This document shows positions 12,275 through 22,026 of a stretch of DNA of 64,000 nt, piece by piece. The stretch comes from Candidatus Pampinifervens sinense. Its GTDB lineage: Bacteria > Aquificota > Aquificia > Aquificales > Aquificaceae. Under the pieces are notes generated by a model. The model was not told the DNA's origin. It saw only the letters and a program-made list of their open reading frames with translations, and did no database searches. The position numbers were made by a program, and so were the translations under genes. The stretch covers positions 160,001 through 224,000 of the forward strand of contig JAXSPP010000001.1 in NCBI GenBank assembly GCA_037927135.1. The letters are read 5' to 3'. How positions within the stretch are numbered: the first letter of the stretch is position 1; each line of letters begins with the position of its first letter.

Positions 12275-13416
12275 TGTTCTACGTATCCAAGGTAAGCATC
12301 CCCTTCTTCTTCCTTGCTGTCTTGGATCTAATTTATTCCCTTTTCCTTAGAACCTTTACGGTGGATGTCAAAAGCTTATGGACCGTTGCAGTCTTTGGCT
12401 TTGTAGCACACACCATAATGGGGGCAATGTATCAAATAGTGCCCAACTCACAAAACAGGCCCTTAAAACTTCCTTTTCTTTCTTATGTAGTCTTTGTCTT
12501 GAGCCTTGCCTCTTCTGTAGCCTTTTACAGCTCTAACCACCTTATTGGTAGCCTTATTCACCTTGTCTCCTGTCTTATTTTCTTTCTCCATGTGCTATCT
12601 TCTATGAGGAACTTTCAGCCCATAACTGTAAAGTTTTTAACCTTGGGAAGCCTATACTTTCTTTTGTCTGGCATATTTTTAGTCCTCTCAGAGCTTGGTT
12701 ATATTCCCTTTGCCTTGGCCGTTCACACCTTAACGGTGGGCTTTATGCTAAAGGTGGTGGTCGGTGTGGAGCTTGCCTGGATTCCTATGCTTTACATGGA
12801 GCCACTTAACCTAACGCTGAGTAAAAGGCTCTTCTACCTTGGCCTTTTTACCACACCACCTTTTCTTATAAGCTTTTACCTTTATTCTTACAAGATCATA
12901 GCCCTTATGAGCTTCTTTGTTTTAGTCTTTGTAGGCTACTATCTTTACCTCATCTACTCCCTCTTTGCCAAAAGGCGCACACCAAAGGAGATCCCTTACG
13001 TTATAAAATACCTCTTGCTTGCCCTCTTTATCCTTCCCTTTGGTTTGTTAATAGGCTCTTTTATGGCTGGGAAAGAACTGGTTTCTCACATGGTTTTTCT
13101 ACACTTTGACCTGCTTATCTACGGCTTTACAGCCATTACCATAATGGGTGGTATGTCCCACCTTTATCCAAGGATAGTTTACAACATGAGGTTTTCCAAA
13201 AAAGAAGGCGTTTATATCTCGGACCTAGTGGATGAAAAGGCCATAAAGAGAATTTTGCCACTTACTGTGGTAGCTTTGGCTTGGATGGTCTTTGCAGAAG
13301 CTCAAGGCAGACCACTATCCTATCTGGCAACCATCCCTTACCTTATCCTATGGCTCTACTTTTCTTATGCTGTGCTTATAAGAGGGCTTTTGTTTAGGCC
13401 AAAGCTATCTTCCTGA
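12271..13416 (+). CDS. Polytopic membrane protein, NnrS-like / heme-copper-oxidase-like fold
   Basis: ~12 TM helices; repeated GF..IMG.M.(Q/H)..P motif; AVHTLTVGF and LHFDLLIYGF His motifs. Confidence 0.5.
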   Translation: MMFYVSKVSIPFFFLAVLDLIYSLFLRTFTVDVKSLWTVAVFGFVAHTIMGAMYQIVPNSQNRPLKLPFLSYVVFVLSLASSVAFYSSNHLIGSLIHLVSCLIFFLHVLSSMRNFQPITVKFLTLGSLYFLLSGIFLVLSELGYIPFALAVHTLTVGFMLKVVVGVELAWIPMLYMEPLNLTLSKRLFYLGLFTTPPFLISFYLYSYKIIALMSFFVLVFVGYYLYLIYSLFAKRRTPKEIPYVIKYLLLALFILPFGLLIGSFMAGKELVSHMVFLHFDLLIYGFTAITIMGGMSHLYPRIVYNMRFSKKEGVYISDLVDEKAIKRILPLTVVALAWMVFAEAQGRPLSYLATIPYLILWLYFSYAVLIRGLLFRPKLSS

Positions 13417-15454
13417 GGTTTTCCACCATCTCTTCCGTTGTGCTACCAAGATAGACAAAACCGTTCTTCATAGCGCAACCTTTTTCCCTACAAAGGCCTC
13501 CAAGGGATACAAGCTCATCCATCCTCTTTACAACCTTGGTGGATGGAATATAAATAGCGGTTCCGTCGGTGTAAAAATCTTGGCTTTTGAGCTCAAGCTC
13601 TACAGTGTCAGCCTTCACTATCAAACTACTGTAGGCTCTTCCCACATAGACCTCCACATCTTCATAATTAGAAAGGCCTTCGTATATAGCCTTTATTGGA
13701 TTTTCTGCAAGCTCAAACTTTACATAATCTTTAACCGTATAGCACTCATTGAAAAGAGCGTAAGGACATACCTCAGCACAGTACTTATGGTCTATGCTTT
13801 TAAACAGATAGCCTAAGGCATAACCTTTAGAAGGTAAGATGTTATCTTTGCCAAGCTCTTCCAAAAAGCCAGAACGAATCATGGCCTCTTTTACAGGTGC
13901 CTTTACATTCACAAAAACAAGGTTTACACCTACGTTCTTAAGGTCCTCATGGAAATCATGTAAGGCCTCAAGGGCAGTCCCATCCACATAGTTTATAGAT
14001 TCACCGTCTATCACCAGATGCTTCAAAGCAGGCTTTCCTTTAACAATATCTTTTATCTCTTCTAGTATGTTCTCCACGTTGGCGTAGTATAAAGAGGCCT
14101 CAGGCCTTATCATCTCAATCTGGGGACAGGTGGGCAAGTTGTTTGCCTCTGCGTTCACAAAGGTGCCACTAATGGGGTCCCTGGACATTCTCACTATTCT
14201 AGGATGAAGGCTTCTCCAAAGGAATAGAGACAAAGATAAGAAAACACCTATTAGTATGGCATAGTCTGGCTTCATTATGAAAGAGAGGGCAAAGGTAGTT
14301 ATGGCGGATATGCCATCATACCTGTTAGTTTTCCACAGGTGAATAAAATAATGTGGTCTTATAAGGCTTAAAACTGCTGTTATCACTATGGCGGAAAGGA
14401 CTGGCCTTGGAAGGTAGTAAAGGAGTGGAGCCACAAACAGGAGGGTAGCTATCACAAAACAGGCGCTTATTATGTTGGACATGCCCGTCTTTGCACCAGC
14501 TTGGAAGTTGACAGCAGAACGGGAAAAGGAACCACTAACCGGATAGCTTTTAAAGAAGGATCCTACCACGTTGGCAAGGCCTTGTCCTATAAGTTCTTGG
14601 TTTACATCAAGCTTTTGCTTTGTTTGGCTTGCTATAAACTTTGCTATAGCGTAGGCCTCCATAAAGCCCACAAGGGCTATGATAAAAGCCTTACCAAGAA
14701 GCCTATCCAAAAGGTCAAGGTCTATATAGGGTATGGAGGGGAAAGGAAGCCCTTGTGGAATATTCCCTACAACCTTTATGCCATAGCTTTCAAAGGAGAA
14801 GTAATAAGAAAGGATCGTAAAGATGATAACGGCCACTAAAGCGGAGGGAATATTTTTGTTTATTCTTCTTAGGCCAATTATTATAGCTATGGAGGCAAGG
14901 CCTACCGCAAGGGTGTAAAGGTTGGTCTTTGGGAGGTTTATGGCTATCTCATAAAGATTTTGAAAGATTAGCTCCTTTTGTTCCACCTTTATACCAAGTA
15001 GGGCTGGGATCTGAGTGGTTATTATGATTATGGCCGCAGCGTTGGTAAAGCCCATGATGACCGAATGGGAAACAAAGTTAACTATAAAGCCCAGCCTAAA
15101 GAGTCCCATGAATAGCTGTATTAGACCTACCAAAAGGGCCATAAGGATTGCAAGTTCAATAAACTTCTCTTCTCCGGGCTTGGCGTAGCTTGTAAGGGAT
15201 GTAAAGGTAAGGAAGGACACTATGGCTACAGGGCCTGTTGCAAGCTGTGGAGAGCTACCAAAGAGGGCAGCTATTATCACAGGGATGGAGGCAGCATACA
15301 AACCATACACGGGAGGAAGCCCTGCAATAAGAGCATAGGCCATGGATTGGGGCACAAGAACTACAGCTACCGTAAGACCTGCAGTAAGGTCTTGTATAAA
15401 AACCTTTCTGTTGTAGTTTTTAAACCATGTTAAGAAAGGCAGAAACTTATCCAT
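13394..15454 (-). CDS. SulP-family anion transporter with STAS domain and Cys-containing C-terminal extension
   Basis: PQSMAYA, GLPPVYGLY, NQELIGQGLAN and GSFSRSAVN motifs; STAS INYVDGTA; likely start ATG 15454 behind AAGGGG. Confidence 0.92.
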   Translation of the reverse strand: MDKFLPFLTWFKNYNRKVFIQDLTAGLTVAVVLVPQSMAYALIAGLPPVYGLYAASIPVIIAALFGSSPQLATGPVAIVSFLTFTSLTSYAKPGEEKFIELAILMALLVGLIQLFMGLFRLGFIVNFVSHSVIMGFTNAAAIIIITTQIPALLGIKVEQKELIFQNLYEIAINLPKTNLYTLAVGLASIAIIIGLRRINKNIPSALVAVIIFTILSYYFSFESYGIKVVGNIPQGLPFPSIPYIDLDLLDRLLGKAFIIALVGFMEAYAIAKFIASQTKQKLDVNQELIGQGLANVVGSFFKSYPVSGSFSRSAVNFQAGAKTGMSNIISACFVIATLLFVAPLLYYLPRPVLSAIVITAVLSLIRPHYFIHLWKTNRYDGISAITTFALSFIMKPDYAILIGVFLSLSLFLWRSLHPRIVRMSRDPISGTFVNAEANNLPTCPQIEMIRPEASLYYANVENILEEIKDIVKGKPALKHLVIDGESINYVDGTALEALHDFHEDLKNVGVNLVFVNVKAPVKEAMIRSGFLEELGKDNILPSKGYALGYLFKSIDHKYCAEVCPYALFNECYTVKDYVKFELAENPIKAIYEGLSNYEDVEVYVGRAYSSLIVKADTVELELKSQDFYTDGTAIYIPSTKVVKRMDELVSLGGLCREKGCAMKNGFVYLGSTTEEMVENLRKIALA

Positions 15455-15497
15455 CCCCTTATGGTGAAATTTTAACATGACTTATATCAAACATAGA

Positions 15498-15526
15498 TTG
15501 ACAAGATTTCGTCCATAATCTATAAT
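15498..15526 (+). promoter_or_regulatory. sigma70 promoter of regulator-modABC operon
   Basis: Perfect TTGACA-17bp-TATAAT, 9 nt before ATG 15536. Confidence 0.85.
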
Positions 15527-15535
15527 AAATTGACA

Positions 15536-16519
15536 ATGAACAGGGTAAAGGAATATAGACAAAGGCTTGGCCTATCTCAAGAAGAGCTTTCAAAGATAAC
15601 GGGCATACCAAGGACCACCATAAGCTCCATAGAGTCGGGCAATGTTATACCTTCTGTAGATTACGCAATTAGATTGGCAAGGGCCTTGGGCTGTAGCGTG
15701 GAAGAACTGTTTTCACAAGAGGAATGCAAGTTTTTCCCCGGCTTTAAAGAGGGCCTATTTATAAGCTATCTGGTGGGGTCTCAGAGAGTTATGGCACCGG
15801 CACCTATGGAACATGTGGATGCGGATGGCTTTTATAAAGATGAAAAAATAAGCTGGTTTAAAAGGCTAAACATTCCCACCCTTGCCTTTGCCGGATGCGA
15901 CAACTCTTTAAAGCTTTTGACTGGAACACTACTCCAAGAGGGTATAAGGCTTCTTACAATAAATGCTTCAAGCCTTAAGGCCCTTGAGCTTTTGAAGGAA
16001 GGCTATGTGCATATGGCTGGCTTGCATATGGGATGCTTTGAGGAGAACTACAGGCTTGTAAAAGAACATCTCGGAAGGGGCTACAAAGTCCTAAAGGTCT
16101 TCTCCTGGGAGGAGGGCATTCTAACAAGGGAAATGGCAAGCCTAAAGGAGCTAAAAAAGAGGCTTTGGCTTGCAAGGGAGGAAGGAAGCGGTGCAAGGAA
16201 GGTCTTTGAGGAGATAAGAGAGGATATTGGTATTAAAAAATACAAGGTGGTTCATGCGGACCATGAGAAAGTGGCCTTTGCCATAAAGGAAGGCTTGGCG
16301 GAGGCGGGTGTGGCCACAAAAGCCTACGCATACAGTTATGGACTGGAGTTTTTCAGTGTAAAGACGGAAGACTATTGCCTTTGCTACAGGGAAGATTTAG
16401 AAGAGGATAAAAGCTTTCTTAGGCTTTTGAATCTATTGAAGTCAAAAACATACAGAAACCTTATCTCCCAAGTGCCAGGCTATAGGCCAGAAGTTGGTGT
16501 GGAGGAAGCCCTAACATGA
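15536..16519 (+). CDS. XRE/Cro HTH + periplasmic-binding-protein-like domain regulator, probably molybdate-responsive
   Basis: N-terminal GLSQEELSKITGIPRTTISSIESG HTH; C-terminal SSLKALELL..G.VHMAGLH and REEGSGAR motifs; directly upstream of modA. Confidence 0.8.
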   Translation: MNRVKEYRQRLGLSQEELSKITGIPRTTISSIESGNVIPSVDYAIRLARALGCSVEELFSQEECKFFPGFKEGLFISYLVGSQRVMAPAPMEHVDADGFYKDEKISWFKRLNIPTLAFAGCDNSLKLLTGTLLQEGIRLLTINASSLKALELLKEGYVHMAGLHMGCFEENYRLVKEHLGRGYKVLKVFSWEEGILTREMASLKELKKRLWLAREEGSGARKVFEEIREDIGIKKYKVVHADHEKVAFAIKEGLAEAGVATKAYAYSYGLEFFSVKTEDYCLCYREDLEEDKSFLRLLNLLKSKTYRNLISQVPGYRPEVGVEEALT

Positions 16520-17271
16520 GGTTGCTTATACTTTTTCTTTTTGTTTTCTTTGGCCTTGTCAAGGCAGAGGTCATAAGGGTTTTTGCCGCCGCCGACCTTC
16601 AGTTTGCTCTAAGAGAGCTGGCGGACATTTACATGAAAAAATATCCAGAAGACAAAATAGAGCTTATCTTTGGCTCATCGGGTAAGGGCTTTGCCCAGAT
16701 AAAAGCTGGAGCGCCCTACCACATATTCTTCTCCGCAGACATGAAGTATGTAGAAGAACTATACAGAGAAGGCTATGCCATCACAAAGCCAAAGCCTTAC
16801 GCCATAGGGAGGATAGTGCTTTGGACAAGGAAGGATTCGGGCCTTGACCCTTCCAAGTTCCCAGAGGTTTTACTTGACCCAAGGGTAAAAAGGATAGCCA
16901 TAGCCAACTGGGAGCATGCACCCTACGGGAGGGCTTCAAAGGAGATCCTTGAGGCCTACGGTGTTTTTCAAAAGGTTAAAGATAAGCTTGTAATAGGCGA
17001 AAACATAGCCCAGACTGCCAGCTATATTAGGTCCGGTGCGGCAGACCTTGGCTTTATAGCCCTTTCCTTGGCAAAGGCCCCAGAGCTTGAAAGGGTAGGA
17101 AGATACTGGCTGGTGCCAGAGGACAAACATGAAAGGATACTTCAAGGTTATGTGATCACAAAGGAAGGTCAAAAGGTTGTAGGTGCGCGAAGGTTTTATG
17201 AGTTTGTAGCCTCTACGGAAGCGAGGAAGGTCTTTGTAAAGTATGGCTTTTTACTTCCGGGAGATAGATGA
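16516..17271 (+). CDS. modA: Molybdate ABC transporter substrate-binding protein
   Basis: VFAAADL, FGSSG, FFSAD, APYG and GENIAQ motifs. Confidence 0.95.
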   Translation: MRLLILFLFVFFGLVKAEVIRVFAAADLQFALRELADIYMKKYPEDKIELIFGSSGKGFAQIKAGAPYHIFFSADMKYVEELYREGYAITKPKPYAIGRIVLWTRKDSGLDPSKFPEVLLDPRVKRIAIANWEHAPYGRASKEILEAYGVFQKVKDKLVIGENIAQTASYIRSGAADLGFIALSLAKAPELERVGRYWLVPEDKHERILQGYVITKEGQKVVGARRFYEFVASTEARKVFVKYGFLLPGDR

Positions 17272-17930
17272 TGGACCTTGGGCCCTTTTGGCTGACGGTA
17301 AAGCTTTCCCTTATCACCTCCTTTATCCTTCTTATTGTAGGCATTCCTCTTGCCTACTACATGGCCTACTCCAAAAGCCCCCTTGCCCTTGTGCTGGAGG
17401 TTATTACCACCTTGCCCCTTGTTTTGCCACCCACCGTGCTTGGCTTTTACCTTTTAATCCTTTTTTCAAAAAATGGCCCCTTGGGCGCCCTTTGGGAGAG
17501 GCTTTTGGGCTACCAGCTTGTCTTTACCTTTGAAGGCCTCGTTATAGCCTCCGTTATATACAGCCTTCCCATGATGACCCATCCCTTGATTTCTGGCTAC
17601 AGGAGCGTTCCCAAAAGTCTGATAGAGGCAAGTTGGACCTTGGGAAAGTCCAAGCTTGAAACCCTTTTTAGAGTTATCCTGCCCAACATGAAGGCTTCCA
17701 TACTTGTGGGCTTTGTGCTTTCCTTTGCCCACACCTTGGGAGAGTTTGGCGTGGTGCTTATGGTAGGTGGAAACATAGAGGGCAAAACGAGGGTGGCCTC
17801 CATAGTCATATACAATGCGGTAGAATCCATAGACTACGTCACAGCCCACCTATATTCTCTTTTACTTCTTTCCTTGTCCTTCCTTAGCCTATTGGCCCTT
17901 TACATGATAAACAGGAGGTGGGTCCTTTGA
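17268..17930 (+). CDS. modB: Molybdate ABC transporter permease
   Basis: LPLVLPPTVLGFYLL; FAHTLGEFGVVLMVGGNI. Confidence 0.95.
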   Translation: MMDLGPFWLTVKLSLITSFILLIVGIPLAYYMAYSKSPLALVLEVITTLPLVLPPTVLGFYLLILFSKNGPLGALWERLLGYQLVFTFEGLVIASVIYSLPMMTHPLISGYRSVPKSLIEASWTLGKSKLETLFRVILPNMKASILVGFVLSFAHTLGEFGVVLMVGGNIEGKTRVASIVIYNAVESIDYVTAHLYSLLLLSLSFLSLLALYMINRRWVL

Positions 17931-18598
17931 TAATCATAAAGGTCAAAAAGAGGCTTCACGGAGCTGAAGGAGACTTTTGGCTTGATGTAGAGCTTGAGCT
18001 AAGGGATGGTGAGTTTTTGGTGCTTTTTGGGCCATCGGGCAGTGGAAAAACAACTCTTTTGAGATGTGTAGCTGGCTTGGAAAGGCCTGAAGAAGGATAC
18101 ATTGAAGTGAATGGAGAGGTTTGGTTTGATTCAAAGAGGGGAATAAACCTTCCACCACAGAAGAGGCATGTGGGCTTTGTATTCCAGGATTATGCCCTAT
18201 TTCCAAACATGAGCCTTTTGGAAAATGTGATGTATGGGATGAAAATAGAAGATAAAGAAAAGGCTCTTGAGCTTTTGAGAAAGGTAAGGCTTGAGGGCCT
18301 AAAGGACAAAAGGCCCAATCAAATATCTGGAGGGCAAAGGCAAAGGGTGGCCCTAATAAGGGCCCTTGCAAGGGAGCCTAAGGTGCTTCTCTTGGATGAA
18401 CCTCTATCGGCCCTTGATGAAGAGCTAAGGGCAGAACTTCAAGAGGAGCTAAAAAGCTTTCAAAGGAGCTATAACATTCCAACCCTTATGGTGACCCATC
18501 ACAAGGAAGAGGCCCTGAGGCTTGCAGACAGGATAGTAAGGATAAAGGAAGGAAGGGTGGTAGAAATCATTAACCAAATTTTAACAAACTCCACTTAA
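17918..18598 (+). CDS. modC: Molybdate ABC transporter ATP-binding protein
   Basis: GPSGSGKT, FQDYALFP, ISGGQRQR and LLLDEP motifs; follows modB. Confidence 0.9.
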   Translation: MGPLIIIKVKKRLHGAEGDFWLDVELELRDGEFLVLFGPSGSGKTTLLRCVAGLERPEEGYIEVNGEVWFDSKRGINLPPQKRHVGFVFQDYALFPNMSLLENVMYGMKIEDKEKALELLRKVRLEGLKDKRPNQISGGQRQRVALIRALAREPKVLLLDEPLSALDEELRAELQEELKSFQRSYNIPTLMVTHHKEEALRLADRIVRIKEGRVVEIINQILTNST

Positions 18599-18622
18599 AA
18601 TACTATATTCAGGAGGAAGAGT

Positions 18623-19291
18623 ATGAAGCTTTTTCAAGAGTTGGAAGAAACAAAAGGATTGGTTCTTAAGATGGCTGGGCTTGTAAAGGAAGCGGTGGAT
18701 AAGGCCATAGAGTCTCTCAACAAACAAGATGTGGGGCTTGCAGAAGAGATTATAAAGGGTGATGACCAGATAGACCAGCTGGAGGTGGAGATAGAAAGAA
18801 GGTGTATAAGGATGATAGCCCTCTACCAGCCGGAGGCTGTAGACCTAAGGCTAATAATGGGTATGTATAAGATAGTCTCGGACCTTGAGAGGATAGGGGA
18901 TGAGGCGGAAAACATAGCAGAAAGGTCCATACTCCTTGCCCAAGAGCCACCCCTAAAGCCCTACGTGAACCTTACCCTTATGGCATCCAACGTAAAGAGC
19001 ATGATAGAGGATGCGGTCCTTTCCTTTTTCCAAAGGGATGTGGAGCTTGCAAAGAAGGTTATAGAAAGGGATGATATGGTGGATGAGCTATACCATCAGG
19101 TCCAAAGGGAGCTTATAACCTACATGCTTGAGGACCCAAGGAACATAAAGAGGTCCATACACCTCTCCTTTGTGGCAAGGCACTTTGAAAGGATGGCGGA
19201 CCACGCGGAGAACATAGCGGAGATGACCATCTACTGGTCCGAGGGCGAAGTGGTAAAGCACCAACACATTAAGGATAAGGAAATGCATTGA
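18623..19291 (+). CDS. phoU: Phosphate signalling complex protein PhoU
   Basis: QPEAVDLR, DLERIGD and ERMADHAENIAE motifs. Confidence 0.95.
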   Translation: MKLFQELEETKGLVLKMAGLVKEAVDKAIESLNKQDVGLAEEIIKGDDQIDQLEVEIERRCIRMIALYQPEAVDLRLIMGMYKIVSDLERIGDEAENIAERSILLAQEPPLKPYVNLTLMASNVKSMIEDAVLSFFQRDVELAKKVIERDDMVDELYHQVQRELITYMLEDPRNIKRSIHLSFVARHFERMADHAENIAEMTIYWSEGEVVKHQHIKDKEMH

Positions 19292-21000
19292 GGCTTTATG
19301 TAGCCTTTGCCCTATTCCTTTTAGCCTTTCTTTTAATAAACATAGCCTTCCTTGACAACCTTAGAAAAATCTGGAACATAAGCTACCCCCTTGTCCTTCT
19401 TGTGATAAACCTTGACCTTCTTGTTTTGTTTATTGTCTTTATAATATTCTTTAGAAAGTTTATAAAGGCTTACCTTGCTGGAAAAAGAGAACCTTTAAGA
19501 AAAAAACTTTCCACAAGCCTCATGCTTTATATCATCACACCTCTTATCTTCCTTAACTTGGCCACGGCGGTAATCTTGCTTCAATCTACAAAATCCTTTG
19601 TAAGCGGACAGCTAAAGGAGGTAGCAAAAAAATCCGAAAACCTTAGCATCTTAATTCAAGAGGAGGAGTTAAAGAGAGCACAAGCCTATAGAGATATGTT
19701 TGTTTTGTTAAAAAATAATGGCTTGGTGGAAAGCTTTAAAGGGCTAAAAGGTGTAAAAGGTGTGATTGAGGACCCAAACTGTAAAGAGGCCATAGGAGAA
19801 GATAGCATAAGCCTGTGTGTGGATGGCTATCGCCTTGTGCTTTCAAGGGAACACAGGGCCGTAGGCCTAATAGAGGATATAAAAAGAATATCCACAGAGC
19901 TTAGGAACATGGTCAAGGCAAGGGATATTATAGGTGGCATATATGTGTATTTCCTTGTGCTTGCTGGCTTTCTGTCCTTTTTGTCCGCCGTATGGTTTGG
20001 GAACCTTATAGCAAGGCATATTAGCCTACCCCTTGAAAAGCTAACTCAAAAGGCAAGGGAGATAGCCAAGGGAAACTTTGACGTTAACGTAGAAGTTCCA
20101 CAGACTGGCGATGAGGTCCAAGAGCTTGGCATAGGCTTTTTAACCATGAAGGAAGAGCTAAAGAAACTCTATCAAAGACTCAATAAAGAAAAAGAGATGC
20201 TTGTTCAGCTTTTTAATGCTCTGCCAGTGGGTATTGTTTTCCTTTCAAGGGATGGAGAAAGGTTCCAAAACAGGGCCTATGAGGAGCTTTCAAGAAAGGC
20301 AAGCGTGAGGGAAAGTACCATAGAGTTGGATATAGGCAGGGTGATAGTGTATGAGGATCTTGAGACCCTTATATTGGCAGAGAGGTTCAAAACATGGCAG
20401 ATGGCCGTAAAGAGGATAGCCCATGAGATAAAAAACCCGCTCACACCCATAAGCCTAAACCTGGAAAGGCTAATAAGGTCCTTGGAGAGGGGGCAGTGTG
20501 ATATGGAAAAGGTCGCCCAGATGGCCAGCATCATACTTGAGGAGCTTGAAAGGATAAAGAGAACCATAGACCAGTTTAGAAGCCTTTCGGTGGAGGTAGA
20601 GCCAAACTTCAAAGAGCTTGAGCTTGGAGACCTTATAAGGCAGGTGGCAAGCATATACGAAGGTATAAGGATAGAAGTGGAAGGAAATCTAAGGGTTATG
20701 GGGGATGAGAGGCTTTTAAGGGATATGTTTTTTAACCTTTTTAACAACAGTCTTGAATGGGGTGCAAGGAATGTGTGGGTTGAACTAAGGGAGGATAGCA
20801 TGGTCTACAGGGATGATGGGCCGGGAATAGAGGAGGGCAAAGAGGAGATAATCTTTTTGCCTTACCATTCGGAGAACCCAAAGGGCATGGGCTTGGGCCT
20901 TGCCATAGTAAAACACATAGCCGAACTGCATGGTTGGAGGGTAAAGGCTATGGCCCAAAGGGAAGGCTTTTATTTGCTGTTTGAACTAAGACCAAGGTAG
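19288..21000 (+). CDS. NtrY-like membrane sensor histidine kinase (HAMP, HisKA, HATPase)
   Basis: WQMAVKRIAHEIKNPLTPI H-box; DDGPG and GMGLGLAIV; N-terminal TM helices. Confidence 0.9.
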   Translation: MRLYVAFALFLLAFLLINIAFLDNLRKIWNISYPLVLLVINLDLLVLFIVFIIFFRKFIKAYLAGKREPLRKKLSTSLMLYIITPLIFLNLATAVILLQSTKSFVSGQLKEVAKKSENLSILIQEEELKRAQAYRDMFVLLKNNGLVESFKGLKGVKGVIEDPNCKEAIGEDSISLCVDGYRLVLSREHRAVGLIEDIKRISTELRNMVKARDIIGGIYVYFLVLAGFLSFLSAVWFGNLIARHISLPLEKLTQKAREIAKGNFDVNVEVPQTGDEVQELGIGFLTMKEELKKLYQRLNKEKEMLVQLFNALPVGIVFLSRDGERFQNRAYEELSRKASVRESTIELDIGRVIVYEDLETLILAERFKTWQMAVKRIAHEIKNPLTPISLNLERLIRSLERGQCDMEKVAQMASIILEELERIKRTIDQFRSLSVEVEPNFKELELGDLIRQVASIYEGIRIEVEGNLRVMGDERLLRDMFFNLFNNSLEWGARNVWVELREDSMVYRDDGPGIEEGKEEIIFLPYHSENPKGMGLGLAIVKHIAELHGWRVKAMAQREGFYLLFELRPR

Positions 21001-21458
21001 GGAAGGATTTGAACGACCCTTATAAGATGGTTTTCCCATATTACTTCTAACTCCTCCATAACGGCCTTCTCCTGTTCCTCTGGAGGAAGCTTTTTAAAAC
21101 TTTCCGACTTTACACCCCTTTCGTGCAAAAGCAAAGGCACAAAAACCTTACCTATGGCATAGAAGGCAAAGGAGAGTTCTATGTCCGAAAGCTGTGGAAA
21201 GCCGTTAAAGGTTTTGTATGTCTTTATACCAGCCCAATTGGTCCAATATCTTACTTCTGGGTCTTCCACCCTTTTCTCATAGCCTCCCACATACATGGAA
21301 AGAAGGGCCTTCAAAAGCCTCTCATCAAGGTCTGTATACTTATCCTTTAAGTCTTCTGCAAGCCTCCTTATCTCCTCCGAGTTTATTTTGTTATAGTCCT
21401 TTAAAAACTGTTCTTTCCAATTTTCGTATCTTAGGAACTCTTTATGAGGAAGGTTCAA
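20970..21458 (-). CDS. Hypothetical protein (162 aa; likely TTG start coupled to upstream stop)
   Basis: Protein-like composition begins at NLPHKEFLRYENW; TTG 21458 overlaps TGA of 21455-22024. Confidence 0.6.
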   Translation of the reverse strand: MNLPHKEFLRYENWKEQFLKDYNKINSEEIRRLAEDLKDKYTDLDERLLKALLSMYVGGYEKRVEDPEVRYWTNWAGIKTYKTFNGFPQLSDIELSFAFYAIGKVFVPLLLHERGVKSESFKKLPPEEQEKAVMEELEVIWENHLIRVVQILPYLGLSSNSK

Positions 21459-22024
21459 CCTGTTTCCTCCGATTTTTCGTACTGAGGACAATCTAAGGTG
21501 GCTGGGTCCACATCCGGTATTATCTCTTTTGTATCCGTATGATAGCCACAGACAAAGCATTCTATGGAAACAGCATAACCCACATGAGCATGGCCTATAT
21601 CCCATCCACAGAGAGGACACTCTCCCTCACCAGCTTTTAAAAGATCCATAAGCCTGTTGCCGTTCTTTAAAGACCTTTGTATGGATTTAATACGGTCTAT
21701 GGCTCTTTGCACCTCATCGCTGTTCCACTCTGAACCACATTCAAGACACCTATACTCTGCATAGCTTCCTTCCTTTATAAGCCTTATGACCTTTGAAGAA
21801 CCACACCTATCATCTATGCATACCTCTCCTATAAGCTTTCTTCCCAGCTTATCCAGTATGTTTTTAAAGTCTTCTGAAGTTAGCCTCATTGGCACATCAT
21901 AAGCCTTATAGCCACAGCATTGGCATTCTGCTTCCACCCTTGGGTATGGCTCATCATACTCGCAGACCATTAGAGCTATCCTTTTACAATAAGGACATAG
22001 TTCAAGGTGTGCAATACATACCAT
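21455..22024 (-). CDS. Cys-rich multi zinc-ribbon protein of unknown function
   Basis: CPYC, CQCC, CIDDRC, CLEC, CPLC and CFVC; GGAGG SD. Confidence 0.7.
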   Translation of the reverse strand: MVCIAHLELCPYCKRIALMVCEYDEPYPRVEAECQCCGYKAYDVPMRLTSEDFKNILDKLGRKLIGEVCIDDRCGSSKVIRLIKEGSYAEYRCLECGSEWNSDEVQRAIDRIKSIQRSLKNGNRLMDLLKAGEGECPLCGWDIGHAHVGYAVSIECFVCGYHTDTKEIIPDVDPATLDCPQYEKSEETG

Positions 22025-22026
22025 GC

